The notes: a model not told the origin generated them from the sequence alone. A DNA stretch of 64,000 nt from Candidatus Bipolaricaulota bacterium (GCA_030606565.1 JAUWGE010000002.1:36107-100106), one strand, 5' to 3'. Positions 26,506 through 38,213 are shown, counted from the first letter of the stretch. Numbers and translations are program-made.

Positions 26506-27966
26506 ATGAGCGAGGAATTCACCTTGAAGAGAATCTCACAGTCGGAATGGCTCCTTGAAAAAAGCGGAGAGATGCGGGTCCCCGGACGGATATTCGCCGA
26601 TATTCAAACGATCGAACAGCTACAAACTGACGTAGCGGAAAAAAAGGAGTGGAACGCGCTGCGGCAGGTGCGCGATGTCGCCTGCCTCCCTGGAATCGTG
26701 ACCGCAGCCCTCGCCCTCCCTGACGTCCACCCAGGTTATGGATTCCCCATCGGTGGAGTGGGGGCGTTCGACCTCAAGGAGGGGGTCGTCGTGGTCGGTG
26801 GAGTCGGCTTCGATATCAACTGCGGGGTCAGACTTCTCGCCACCCCGCTCCATAAGGAAGACTTAAGCGACGTCCTTTCCGAGCTCGCTGATGACCTCTA
26901 TCGCACTGTCCCCGCCGGACTTGGCTCGGAGGGGAAGCTCCGCCTCACACTCGATGAGATCGACCAACTCCTTCGGGAAGGAGCGCGCTATGTCGTTAAG
27001 CGGGGCTATGGGGTGGAGGAAGACCTGGTCCACATTGAGGAGGAAGGGCAAATCCCTGGGGCTGATCCGACCGTGGTCAGTCGGCTTGCCAAGCAACGCC
27101 AGTTTCGCCAAGTGGGGACCCTTGGCTCGGGAAATCACTACCTGGAGGTGCAGACGGTGGCACGAATCATCGATCCAGAGGCTGCAGCGGCCTACGGCCT
27201 CGAGGAGGGACAGGTCGTCATCTCCATCCACACTGGCTCGCGCGCCCTCGGCCATCAGATCTGCCAGGACTACTTAAAGGAGATGGAGCAAGCGAGCCAC
27301 CGGTATCAGATCCCGATTCGGTCAAAGGAGCTTGTCTGCGCCCCGATCTTAAGTGATGAAGGAAAACGTTACCTGAGCGCTGTGGCCTGTGGGTCAAACT
27401 GTGCCTTCGCCAACCGCCAGGTGATCGCCCATCTCGTCCGTTCATCGTTTGCTCGCATCCTCAGCCTGGCCGCAGAGAAAGTGCGCACCGTCTATGACAT
27501 TGGGCACAACAACGTTAAGGTTGAGCACCACCTCGTTGATGGAACGACGCGTGAGCTCCTTGTCCACCGCAAAGGGTCGACGCGGGCGTTCGGCCCGGGA
27601 CGAAAAGAGTCTCCACCTGCCTATCGAGCTGTTGGTCACCCAACTCTCGTCGGCGGCACGATGGGGACCGCCTCCTACGTCATGCGGGGAACAGACCTTG
27701 GGATGGAGAAGGCATTTGGCAGTGGAATCCATGGAGCAGGGCGGGCTCTGTCACGCAGGAAAGCGGCCAAGAAATACTGGGGGGAGGATGTGAAGTCGGC
27801 GATGGCTGCAGATGGAATCATTCTGCGTGCGCATAGTCTCCGTGGGGTTGCTGAGGAGGCGCCGGGCGCCTACAAAGACGTTGAGCGCGTGGTCCACGCT
27901 GCAACAGATGCGGGGATCAACCAACCGGTGGCGTGCCTCCGTCCCCTTCTCGTGATCAAGGGGTAA
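26506..27966 (+). CDS. rtcB: RNA-splicing ligase RtcB (3'-phosphate/5'-hydroxyl RNA ligase)
   Basis: 486 aa. RtcB motifs include DxNCGVR (DINCGVR), GSGNHYLEVQ, and GHNNV. Confidence 0.92.
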   Translation: MSEEFTLKRISQSEWLLEKSGEMRVPGRIFADIQTIEQLQTDVAEKKEWNALRQVRDVACLPGIVTAALALPDVHPGYGFPIGGVGAFDLKEGVVVVGGVGFDINCGVRLLATPLHKEDLSDVLSELADDLYRTVPAGLGSEGKLRLTLDEIDQLLREGARYVVKRGYGVEEDLVHIEEEGQIPGADPTVVSRLAKQRQFRQVGTLGSGNHYLEVQTVARIIDPEAAAAYGLEEGQVVISIHTGSRALGHQICQDYLKEMEQASHRYQIPIRSKELVCAPILSDEGKRYLSAVACGSNCAFANRQVIAHLVRSSFARILSLAAEKVRTVYDIGHNNVKVEHHLVDGTTRELLVHRKGSTRAFGPGRKESPPAYRAVGHPTLVGGTMGTASYVMRGTDLGMEKAFGSGIHGAGRALSRRKAAKKYWGEDVKSAMAADGIILRAHSLRGVAEEAPGAYKDVERVVHAATDAGINQPVACLRPLLVIKG

Positions 27967-29263
27967 ACAAGCTGCGGGAAAAAGCGCGCGAATGATGGAT
28001 GATCACCCGTGCTAGCTTGCTGGGATCGTGCTTCACGGTCGGTTTTCCTTCTAGCTCGATCGTCCCCACGAGGTCAGCGCGGATCACCTCCATCCCGTAT
28101 TGGTTCTCTTCTCCCAGGTCATCTTCCACCGGCTCGGCTGCCTCCTCGAGGTAGCCGACAAGGAGATCCTTATCAGGGAGGGAAGTATTGACGATGACAC
28201 TGTCAAAGCAGTTAAGGTTGATGTACTCATCGAGGGTGCGCAAGTGATCGCGGAGGGTATAGCCCTCGGTCTCTCCTGGTTGTGTCATCAGGTTCGCTAC
28301 GAGGATCTTCTCCGCAGCTGCCTCCTCGATCGCCGCGGCGATCCCCTCGACAAGCAGGTTGGGGATAAGGCTGGTAAACAGGCTACCCGGCCCGAGGAGG
28401 ATCAACTCAGCGCGGGCGATCGCTTGAAGAACCCGGCCGTAGGGTTTGACGTTTGCAGCGGAGAGTCTAATCCGTTCGATCCGCCGTGGGTCGGCGCTGA
28501 TCCGAGTCTCCCCTTCTACCCATTCCTCATCTTCCATCTGGGCGATGAGGTGGGTCTTGCAGAGCGTCGCTGGAAGGACCTGGCCGCGCACGTTTAGGAT
28601 ATGGCTCATCTCCTCAATCGCGTGGTCGAACCCGCCGGTTGCTTGCTCTATCCCTACCAGGAGGAGGTTCCCCAGGGAGTGTCCCTTAAGGTCAGTCGTT
28701 CCACGGAAGCGGTGCTGGAAGAGGCTTGCCATCCTTTCCTCGTCCGCGGCGAGGGCGAGAATGCAGTTGCGAACATCGCCAGGGGGGAGCACATCCAGTT
28801 CGTCCCGCAGGCGGCCCGAGCTCCCGCCGTCGTCCATTACCGTCACCACCGCGGTGAGGTTTGATGTCCCCCCCTTCAATCCACGTAGGAGGGTAGAGAG
28901 GCCGGTTCCTCCTCCCAGGCCGACAACCCGCGGGCCTTTTTGAAGAACACGAGTACGGTAGATAAGATCCGAGGGTTTCTCCTCTCGTCCGGGGGCGACT
29001 CCACGGGCGATCGAACGAACGAGGCATGCTACTCCTATGGCGAACCCACCGATCCCAACAAGGAGAATGACGGCGACCAAAGCGTAGCGAGCCAGTTCCC
29101 CTTTCGGAAGGAGCCGGTAGATCTCCCTAATCCTTTCTTTGCCTACAATCTCAAGTACGCCAAAGACGATAAGGCCCATCGAGAAAAGAGATAACAGGGC
29201 CCAACGCTTCACCCGCATTCCAGGATAGAGCCAGCGAAGCCCCCCTCGCAGGTGGAGGCTCAT
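27956..29263 (-). CDS. YvcK/CofD-like (UPF0052, gluconeogenesis factor family) protein with N-terminal membrane anchor
   Basis: Core begins VVGLGGGTGLSTLLRGLK (YvcK signature). It is preceded by ~100 aa with two hydrophobic helices (LLSLFSMGLIVFGVLEIV; ALVAVILLVGIGGFAIGVACLV). Confidence 0.75.
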   Translation of the reverse strand: MSLHLRGGLRWLYPGMRVKRWALLSLFSMGLIVFGVLEIVGKERIREIYRLLPKGELARYALVAVILLVGIGGFAIGVACLVRSIARGVAPGREEKPSDLIYRTRVLQKGPRVVGLGGGTGLSTLLRGLKGGTSNLTAVVTVMDDGGSSGRLRDELDVLPPGDVRNCILALAADEERMASLFQHRFRGTTDLKGHSLGNLLLVGIEQATGGFDHAIEEMSHILNVRGQVLPATLCKTHLIAQMEDEEWVEGETRISADPRRIERIRLSAANVKPYGRVLQAIARAELILLGPGSLFTSLIPNLLVEGIAAAIEEAAAEKILVANLMTQPGETEGYTLRDHLRTLDEYINLNCFDSVIVNTSLPDKDLLVGYLEEAAEPVEDDLGEENQYGMEVIRADLVGTIELEGKPTVKHDPSKLARVIIHHSRAFSRSLFTP

Positions 29264-32200
29264 TGCCTTACCCCGTTTAGGAAGCGGACCCGCCCCTCAC
29301 CAAGCAGTGCTTCCAACCCCTCCCTCAGCTCAGAGGAGGGATGCACACAGAAGCTCCGCCCTGCCATCACCTCGACACTTTCTCCCTCGTTCTCCACAAG
29401 GAACAGGACCGGCGCCTCTCCCGGGTGCTCCTTCATCAAAGTGGAGACCGCTTCAAGCCTCTCTGAATCAACCTCTGGCTCCTTCAGGGTGAGGGTGACG
29501 GAGAGCCGCTTGCGTGTTTCAAGTTCGTCGAGTGGGAAAGCCTCCTCAGCAATCAAGTTGAGTTCGCCGTTGCGATTCCCCGCGGTGAGTTTGAGGCCCA
29601 CGAGTCGGTCCACGTTCAACAGGTCGTAGGCAGTCTCTAGAACCCTTGGGAAGACCGTCACCTCAGCCTCAGCGGTGCCATCCTCTAGGGTGAGAAAGGC
29701 CATCTGGCTTCCATTTCTTGTCGCGATTCGGCGAATCTTCTTCACCCGCCCACCCACGGTTTCACCCTCTCCCTCTTTGATCGTGGTGATCTCAGAGAGT
29801 GGAGTGCAATAGAGGGCGAGCGCCTCGCGGTGGCGGTCAAGGGGATGAGCACTAACGTAGAGACCGAGAAGCTCTTTTTCGAAGGAGAGGAGCTCGGCCT
29901 GAGGAAACTCCTCATCCATGATGGTCGGCTCTACGAATGTTTGTCCCACGCCGTTGAAAAAGGAGCATTGCCCACTCTGCCGCTCGCGGCGGGCAATCTG
30001 CATTAACTCCAGCCCCTCCGAGAGTTGCATGAGAAGACCACGTCGTGTGACACCGAGGCTGTCAAAGGCACCCGCCTTGATCAACGCCTCCAACGTTTCC
30101 CGATCCACTCCGTCCCCTTCGATCCGTTGGCACAGGTCGAAGAAGGAGGAAAACCCGTCTCTCCGCACGGCAAGGATCGAGGCGATCGCCCCGTTCCCGA
30201 CGTGCTTGATCGCCCCGAGACCGAAGCGAATTCGGCCATCGCTCACCGGAGTGAAGTCGCATTCGCTCTCGTTAATATCCGGTGGGAGAACCTCGATTCC
30301 CATCCTCTGACACTCGCCGATGTACTGTGCTACCTTATCCGTGTCCCCCTGCACGCTGGCAAGGAGGCTCGCCATAAAGTGAGTCGGGTAGTTGGCTTTC
30401 AGGTAAGCGGTCCAGTAGGAGACAATGGCGTACGCGGTGGCGTGAGATTTGTTGAACCCGTACCGGGCGAACTTCTCCATATCGTTAAATACCTGAGTGG
30501 CTAGCTCCTGGGAGACCCCGTTTGTCCGACAGCCGGCGATGAACTTCTCGCGCAGGCTCGCCATGATGTCCTTCTTCTTCTTCCCCATTGCCTTTCTCAG
30601 GATGTCCGCCTCAGCAAGGGAGAAGGAGGCGAGTTTCTGCGCCATCAACATCAGCTGATCCTGGTAGATCGGAAGTCCGTAAGTCTCCTCAAGGATCTCC
30701 TTTAGGCTCGGATGAGGATAGCTCACTGACTGGCGACCGCTGCGCCGTTGCACGTAATCATCGGTCATTCCACTCTCCAGTGGCCCCGGGCGGTAGAGGG
30801 CCAAAAGAGTGATCAAATCCTCGAAACGGTCCGGCTGCACCCGCCGTATAAGCGCCGTCATTCCTGTACCCTCAAGCTGGAAGATCCCAGCCGTACGCCC
30901 CTCCTGAACCAGTTTGACAGTCTTCGTATCGTCAAACGGGATTTGATCGACGTCGATCTTGATCCCGGCTCGTTCTTGCAAGGAAGAGCAGGTTACATCG
31001 ATCAGGGTGAGATTACGCAAACCTAAAAAGTCGAATTTCAATAGCCCCACTGCCTCTACATCCCCCATGTCAAACTGGGTGACAATCTCCCCGTCGGACA
31101 AGCGCAGCAGAGGGACATGGCGAATCAGCTCGTCTGCGGCGATCACCACACCGGCGGCGTGTGTCGAGGCATTGCGCGTTAACCCCTCGAGGCGTAGGCC
31201 AATGTCGACGATCTTTCTCACTTCTTCATCGTTATCATAGAGGGACTTCAGTTCAGCCACGTTCTTTACCGCCGTCTGCAGCTTGTAGCCGTAGGGAATC
31301 AGCTTGGCCAACCGGTCAGTCATTCGATAGGGAGTGCCGAGGACACGCCCCACGTCACGGACCACGCTACGGGCAGCCATCCGGTCATAGGTGGCGATCT
31401 GGGCCATCTTCTGCTGACCGTACTTTTCCTTAACGTAACCGATTACCCGATCACGGCCTTTGACACAGAAGTCGATATCGAAGTCCGGCATGCTGATGCG
31501 GGCGGGATTGAGAAACCGTTCGAAAATCAAATTATACTTCAAAGGATCGACTCGGGTGATCCCGAGGCAGTAGGAGACAAGGCTCCCCGCGGCTGAGCCA
31601 CGTCCAGGTCCCACCGGTATGCCACTGTCATGCGCGAAGCGGACAAAATCCCACACGATGAGAAAGTAGGTGGCATAATGCATCCTCTCAATTACCCCAA
31701 GCTCGTAGTCCAGACGCTCTTCTACCGCGCCGCTCACAGTATCAAAGCGAGCCTTCGCGCCCTCATAGGCAAGGGTCCTCAGGTACTCGTCTGCATCCTC
31801 GAATCCTTCGGGAAGGTCAAACGGTGGGATCATGGTGGAACCAAACTGAAGCTCGAGGTTACAGCGTTCAGCAATCTTGCACGTGTTCTCGATCGCCTCC
31901 GGAAGATCGGAGAAGAGCTCCACCATCTCCTCAGAGCTACGAAAGTGATATCCGTCCCCGTCAAAGGACATCCGGTCAGGGTCAGTGATCTTCTTGTTCG
32001 CCCGGATATTCAGCAACACCTCGTGTGAAAGGCGGTCCTCCGGAGAAAGGTAGTGGATGTCAGTTGTGGCAACAAGGGGAAGGTCTAACGACCGAGCAAG
32101 CCTCCTTAAGCGCTCCTTAAGGAGCTTTCCCCGGTCGGTTCCGTGGTCCTGAAGCTCAATGTAGAAATTTCCTTCCCCAAAGATCTCAGCGTACTTAGCC

Positions 32201-32688
32201 GCTGCAGTTGCAGCCTCTTCCTCGCGGCCGGCAAGCAGGAGCATTGGAATCTCGCCGCTCTCACAAGCGGAGAGGGCGATCAGCCCAGTGTGATAGTGCC
32301 TTAACAGTTCCTTATCAACTCGTGGCTTGTAATAAAACCCCTCAGTATGGCCGAGGCTGACGAGAGCGATGAGGTTCTGATACCCCTCCTGATTTGTAGC
32401 GAGCAGGACAAGATGGTAGTACTTCTTGCCGTTTCGCACCCTGCGTTCACGCCGGTCCCCGGGAGAAAGGTAGACCTCGCAGCCGATAATCGGCTTAATT
32501 CCCCGTTTCTTTGCCTCTCGGTAGAACTTGATCGCTCCGCTCATCACTCCGTGGTCGGTAAGAGCGAGGGCGTGCATATCGCAGGCTACAGCTTTGTCGA
32601 GAAGCGCAGGGATCTTGCAGGAGGAATCCAGAATACTGTACTCGGAATGGGTATGGAGGTGGACAAACTTTTCCGTCAACGTCTTCAA
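29260..32688 (-). CDS. dnaE: DNA polymerase III alpha subunit
   Basis: 1142 aa. N-terminal PHP domain (HLHTHSEYSILDS), polymerase core, and OB fold. Collinear with DnaE. Confidence 0.92.
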   Translation of the reverse strand: MKTLTEKFVHLHTHSEYSILDSSCKIPALLDKAVACDMHALALTDHGVMSGAIKFYREAKKRGIKPIIGCEVYLSPGDRRERRVRNGKKYYHLVLLATNQEGYQNLIALVSLGHTEGFYYKPRVDKELLRHYHTGLIALSACESGEIPMLLLAGREEEAATAAAKYAEIFGEGNFYIELQDHGTDRGKLLKERLRRLARSLDLPLVATTDIHYLSPEDRLSHEVLLNIRANKKITDPDRMSFDGDGYHFRSSEEMVELFSDLPEAIENTCKIAERCNLELQFGSTMIPPFDLPEGFEDADEYLRTLAYEGAKARFDTVSGAVEERLDYELGVIERMHYATYFLIVWDFVRFAHDSGIPVGPGRGSAAGSLVSYCLGITRVDPLKYNLIFERFLNPARISMPDFDIDFCVKGRDRVIGYVKEKYGQQKMAQIATYDRMAARSVVRDVGRVLGTPYRMTDRLAKLIPYGYKLQTAVKNVAELKSLYDNDEEVRKIVDIGLRLEGLTRNASTHAAGVVIAADELIRHVPLLRLSDGEIVTQFDMGDVEAVGLLKFDFLGLRNLTLIDVTCSSLQERAGIKIDVDQIPFDDTKTVKLVQEGRTAGIFQLEGTGMTALIRRVQPDRFEDLITLLALYRPGPLESGMTDDYVQRRSGRQSVSYPHPSLKEILEETYGLPIYQDQLMLMAQKLASFSLAEADILRKAMGKKKKDIMASLREKFIAGCRTNGVSQELATQVFNDMEKFARYGFNKSHATAYAIVSYWTAYLKANYPTHFMASLLASVQGDTDKVAQYIGECQRMGIEVLPPDINESECDFTPVSDGRIRFGLGAIKHVGNGAIASILAVRRDGFSSFFDLCQRIEGDGVDRETLEALIKAGAFDSLGVTRRGLLMQLSEGLELMQIARRERQSGQCSFFNGVGQTFVEPTIMDEEFPQAELLSFEKELLGLYVSAHPLDRHREALALYCTPLSEITTIKEGEGETVGGRVKKIRRIATRNGSQMAFLTLEDGTAEAEVTVFPRVLETAYDLLNVDRLVGLKLTAGNRNGELNLIAEEAFPLDELETRKRLSVTLTLKEPEVDSERLEAVSTLMKEHPGEAPVLFLVENEGESVEVMAGRSFCVHPSSELREGLEALLGEGRVRFLNGVRQ

Positions 32689-33005
32689 TTCCCTTCGATA
32701 AAGATGACCTTTTCTTCGCCCGGTTTCACCAAACCGAGTAATCTACGTGCCGCGTTCTCAATCATCACGGGGTCATTTTGCAGGGCAAGGCGTGCCCGCA
32801 GTTCCTCCTGGGTGGCAAGGGCTCCCTTCGCTTGTTGCGCTAGGATAGACAGATCGCCTCGAAGTCGCCTTATCTCAAAGGTACGACCAAGATAGAGGAA
32901 GGTAAGTAAGAACAATATGGCAAGAAGTGCCCACACAAGGATATGCCGGCAACTTCGTCTAGCACGACGCTTAAGCACAGGATACCCGTACGTGCTCGTT
33001 CGCAT
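32685..33005 (-). CDS. ftsB: FtsB/DivIC-like septum formation initiator
   Basis: TM helix ILVWALLAILFLLTFLYL, a coiled-coil segment, and the C-terminal motif DPVMIENAARRLLGLVKPGEEKVIF. The ORF runs to 33056 but that would overlap eno; M at 33005 is the preferred start. Confidence 0.55.
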   Translation of the reverse strand: MRTSTYGYPVLKRRARRSCRHILVWALLAILFLLTFLYLGRTFEIRRLRGDLSILAQQAKGALATQEELRARLALQNDPVMIENAARRLLGLVKPGEEKVIFIEGN

Positions 33006-33031
33006 CCCCCCCATCTTTCCGTGCAGCGATC

Positions 33032-34309
<1,278 letters not shown>

Positions 34310-34448
34310 CTACCACTCCCTTCATATCATGCCGTGGGGAGTATAATCATCTGCTTTCAACTGGACAAGGACAGCCGTTCCTAGGTCAGCTCACCAAAGG
34401 AAAAGGGGGCCAATTTCTCGGCCCCCATGTATAAGGTCTATATACGAA

Positions 34449-35990
34449 CTAGTCTTTCCAGATCCGGTCGATGTGAACATCCATGGTGATGTTAAGCGTG
34501 CATCCATGGACGTTTGGCAACCAGGCCATAACCATCTCGTCGGTCATCGCCCACAGTGGGATCCACATGACATCCTGCACGCTCAGGATCTGAATCGCCT
34601 TGTACAGTTTCGTCCGTTTCGTCGGATCGGCGGTGGTCGTGGCGACCTCCATGATGTGCTTGTATGCCTCGTAGTTGGGATGGTTGTTGAAGTATGTTCC
34701 CATCCCTTCAGGCGACTCGGTCGTCCACGGGGCGAGGAAGTTCGACGACTCGAGGTAATCCGGGTGCCAACCGAGGAAGAACATGTCAAACCCACCGCTC
34801 GACATGCGCTCCACATAGGCTCCCCACTCCAGGACCTGGATCGTGATCTTGATTACACCTGTTTCCTCCAGGCTCCCCGCGACAACGGTTGCCACGTCGG
34901 CCTCGGTCGTCCCGTAGTGCTTCGGGGTGTACCACAGGTTAAGGTCGAGTGGGTTATCCTTGGTATACCCGGCCTTAGCCAACAACTCCACCGCCTTCTC
35001 CAGGTCGCGCTCCGGGAAGACAGGAATCGCGCCGAAGAACGGCGGATCGACCATCGGAACCATGGTGTAGATCGGATCGACTATTCCCTCGAACACCTGC
35101 GAGCAGATCGCAGCCCGATCAACCGCGTAGCTGATCGCCTGTCGCACCAGCGGATCGTCAACCGGCGGCTGAGTCACGTTGAACAACAGGTAGCGGACCC
35201 CCGGGCTGGGCGGGAAGAATTTCAGCACGACGTTCGGGTTGGCATCCAAGTCCCTGATGTCCTGCGGAGAGAGGGTCCTGAAGACAAAGTCGACGTCACC
35301 AGCCTCAATCGCTGCGCGCAGGGCCGCCGCATCCGAGTACAACTTCTCGATCACGTATTTGCTCTTCGGCGCCTCGCCGTAGTAGCCGTCGTAAGCCTCG
35401 TACTTCACGTACTGATCGGGCACGTGCTCGATCAGCTTGTACGGACCAGTCCCGGCGTAGACACCGTTAGCAAAGTCATTCTCCGGGGTCGTCTTCGGCG
35501 AGTAGATCAGCGCCGGGGCGAGGCTCTCTTCCATGCGCAGAAGGAAGATCGCGTCCGGCATCGTTAGGTAGATCTTCACGGTGAGATCGTCGATCACGAC
35601 GATGTGGTCGATGACCTTGATCAACCCAACACCACCTTCTGGACCATCCAGTCGGAGGTTGCGGTCAAGACACCACTTCACTGCATGCGCGTCGCACTTC
35701 TCGCCGTCCCAGAACGTGATCCCTGGCCGGATGTGGAACGTGTACTCCATTCCGTCCGCGGAGATGTCCCAGGACTCGGCGATGCCTCCCTTGAGTTCCA
35801 GTGTATCCGGATCGAGCTTCATCAGCGCATCGGTGGTCGCTCGCAGCACGTGCCAAGAGTAGTGGTCATAGCTGTTCGCGAACGCAAGCTGAGTGACCCG
35901 ATCAGTCGTCCCCATGATCAGGGGTTCTTGCCCTACTGCAACCAGGGCAAAAAGACCAACCACGAATAGAACTCCCAAAAGTTTTCTCAT
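34449..35990 (-). CDS. ABC transporter substrate-binding protein, family 5 (peptide/nickel, DppA/OppA-like)
   Basis: 513 aa with signal peptide MRKLLGVLFVVGLFALVAVG. SBP_bac_5-like throughout. Confidence 0.8.
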   Translation of the reverse strand: MRKLLGVLFVVGLFALVAVGQEPLIMGTTDRVTQLAFANSYDHYSWHVLRATTDALMKLDPDTLELKGGIAESWDISADGMEYTFHIRPGITFWDGEKCDAHAVKWCLDRNLRLDGPEGGVGLIKVIDHIVVIDDLTVKIYLTMPDAIFLLRMEESLAPALIYSPKTTPENDFANGVYAGTGPYKLIEHVPDQYVKYEAYDGYYGEAPKSKYVIEKLYSDAAALRAAIEAGDVDFVFRTLSPQDIRDLDANPNVVLKFFPPSPGVRYLLFNVTQPPVDDPLVRQAISYAVDRAAICSQVFEGIVDPIYTMVPMVDPPFFGAIPVFPERDLEKAVELLAKAGYTKDNPLDLNLWYTPKHYGTTEADVATVVAGSLEETGVIKITIQVLEWGAYVERMSSGGFDMFFLGWHPDYLESSNFLAPWTTESPEGMGTYFNNHPNYEAYKHIMEVATTTADPTKRTKLYKAIQILSVQDVMWIPLWAMTDEMVMAWLPNVHGCTLNITMDVHIDRIWKD

Positions 35991-36125
35991 CTCTTGTACC
36001 TCCTTGTTAACGCTTGCCCGTTGTCTCTACCAGATAGATGCTTTGCTTGGTGGACATCACCTCCTGATAACGTGATGAGAGTTTCTACTTTTTCGTTACT
36101 AGTCTAGCACAGCTATTTTAGAAAG

Positions 36126-37052
36126 TCAAACTCTCTTCCGCCTTCGCTTCGGGTTCACCAGGTCGCTGATCCCTTCACCAATCAGACCAAACCCGAGGGA
36201 GAGGGCGATGATCATCAACCCGGGAAAGGTGATCAGCCACCATGAACCCGACTGCAGGTACTTCTGCCCGTTTTGTATGTCGAAACCCCAATCCGGAGCC
36301 GGCGGAGGCAGCCCAAACCCGAGGAAGGAGAGCGCGGCAACGGTGAGGATGGCATCGGCGAGGTTAAACGAGGAGACAGCCATGATCGCGTTTACCGTGT
36401 TGGGAGCCGCATGTCTAAGGATAATGCGGGTGTTGCTCGCCCCCACGGCGCGTATTGCCTCGATGTATGTCGTCTCCCGAACCTGTAAGACCTCGGCGCG
36501 CGTCACGCGGAAGTAGGTAGGAATGTAGACAAACCCAACGGCCCAGATCATCGGCCCGATTCCCGCCCCGAACATGGCGACGAGCACGATGGCAAGGATC
36601 ATCGAGGGAAAGGAGTAAATCGCGTCCATGATCAGGGAAAGGACGCGGTCGAGGAATCCACCGGTAAACCCGGAGATCCATCCAAGGACGGATCCCACTG
36701 TCATGCTTAGGGCAATCGCCCCGAAGGCAACGATCAAGGACGCCTTCCCCCCAGCCAGCACCCGGCTGAACACGTCGCGGTGCAGCTGATCGGTTCCCAT
36801 TAAATGGCTGGCCGAAGGCCCTTGAAGTCGGGGAGCGTCTCGGTACTTTGTCGTGTGATACGGAGTGAGTCCCTCGATCTGCGTCAAGCCTGTGGTGAGA
36901 ATGAAAAGAAACACGATGATCAGCCCGACCTTGAGGATGGTCTGTCTGCGCAGGGCATGTCGTCCACTGGAGAGTCGCCTCACGATCCAGCGAATAACCC
37001 CGATTACAAAAGTAGGATTCTCGATCTTTGTTTGTCCCGTGTTTTCTGGCAT
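36126..37052 (-). CDS. ABC transporter permease (DppC/OppC-like)
   Basis: 308 aa polytopic protein with the EAA-like motif of BPD transporters. Confidence 0.8.
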   Translation of the reverse strand: MPENTGQTKIENPTFVIGVIRWIVRRLSSGRHALRRQTILKVGLIIVFLFILTTGLTQIEGLTPYHTTKYRDAPRLQGPSASHLMGTDQLHRDVFSRVLAGGKASLIVAFGAIALSMTVGSVLGWISGFTGGFLDRVLSLIMDAIYSFPSMILAIVLVAMFGAGIGPMIWAVGFVYIPTYFRVTRAEVLQVRETTYIEAIRAVGASNTRIILRHAAPNTVNAIMAVSSFNLADAILTVAALSFLGFGLPPPAPDWGFDIQNGQKYLQSGSWWLITFPGLMIIALSLGFGLIGEGISDLVNPKRRRKRV

Positions 37053-37055
37053 GAA

Positions 37056-38075
37056 TTAATACCTCACCCGTGGGTCAATGACCGAGTAGAGGACATCAAC
37101 GATTAAGTTAATGATGGAGATAAAGATCGCAATGAATACGATACTCCCTTGAATTGCGGGCCAATCGCGCGCCTCGATACTACGAACAAGGAAGCTCGCC
37201 ACTCCGGGCCAGGAAAAGACGGTCTCGGTGAGGACCGCCCCACCCATGAGGATAGCAAACTGAAGCCCGAACACGGTAACGATAGGAATGAGGGCGTTTC
37301 GTAGCGCATGGGCGAGGATCACCACCCTTTCTTTTAGTCCCTTTGCCCTCGCTGTGGTAACGTAGTCTTGGTCGAGCACCTCGAGCATGCTCGCCCGGGT
37401 CATCCGCCCGAGCAAACCGGTTAGAGCAAACCCCAGGGTGATCGATGGCAACACCAAGTGCTTGGCGATATCGGCGATCACTTCCCCGTTTCCTCGAATC
37501 AAAGAATCGAGAAGATAAAAGCCAGTGATTGGTTCAAAAGTAAACGCGATCCGTCCCCCGAGTCGGCTCGCCACCGGGAACCAACCAAGCTTCACGGCGA
37601 AGAGCACCTGCAACATCAGCCCAAGCCAAAATAGAGGCATGGCAAACGAACCGACGTGGAAGATGCGTACGGCGTGATCAATCGGCCGATCGGCACGAGT
37701 AGCAGCGAGGACTCCAGTGGTAAACCCGAAAAGAGCGGCAAACAGCAATCCGAATGCGGCAAGCTCTAATGTAGCGGGAAAGCGCTGGAACAGTTCCCAC
37801 ACAACGGGTTTGTTCGTACGGAATGACTTTCCGAAGTCACCGTGGATGATCCCGTTAAGGTATTCGGCGTACTGCACCGGGATCGGACGATCGACCCCCA
37901 TCTTGTGGCGATACACCTCGATCAGCTCAGGAGATATGTTTCTGCCGCCGAGCATCGCCAAGACCGGATCGCCTGGCATCACCCGCAGGATGAGGAAGAC
38001 CAGGGTCAGGAGAATGAGGAGCATCGGAATGGTCAACAGGAGCCGCTGCGCGATGTATCGGCTTATACCACCCAT
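37056..38075 (-). CDS. ABC transporter permease (DppB/OppB-like)
   Basis: 339 aa starting MGGISRYIAQRLLLTIPMLLILLTLVFLILRVMPGDP, the DppB family N-terminus. Confidence 0.8.
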   Translation of the reverse strand: MGGISRYIAQRLLLTIPMLLILLTLVFLILRVMPGDPVLAMLGGRNISPELIEVYRHKMGVDRPIPVQYAEYLNGIIHGDFGKSFRTNKPVVWELFQRFPATLELAAFGLLFAALFGFTTGVLAATRADRPIDHAVRIFHVGSFAMPLFWLGLMLQVLFAVKLGWFPVASRLGGRIAFTFEPITGFYLLDSLIRGNGEVIADIAKHLVLPSITLGFALTGLLGRMTRASMLEVLDQDYVTTARAKGLKERVVILAHALRNALIPIVTVFGLQFAILMGGAVLTETVFSWPGVASFLVRSIEARDWPAIQGSIVFIAIFISIINLIVDVLYSVIDPRVRY

Positions 38076-38213
38076 GACATCCTCATTTCGGTCTACAAAT
38101 CACTCCACGACCAAAGAAAATCGAAGTCACAGTCTACAATAGCGAGTTAAGAATTACAACGCCAAGATGGAAGCTTTGATTTCCTGGGAGGGGCTTATTA
38201 GAATTCTTGCGCG

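Noticed and set aside
38080-38213. T-box leader upstream of alaS
   Set aside because: No T-box consensus (AATTAGGGTGGTACCGCG-like) or specifier/antiterminator arrangement is visible. The gap is only ~135 bp.
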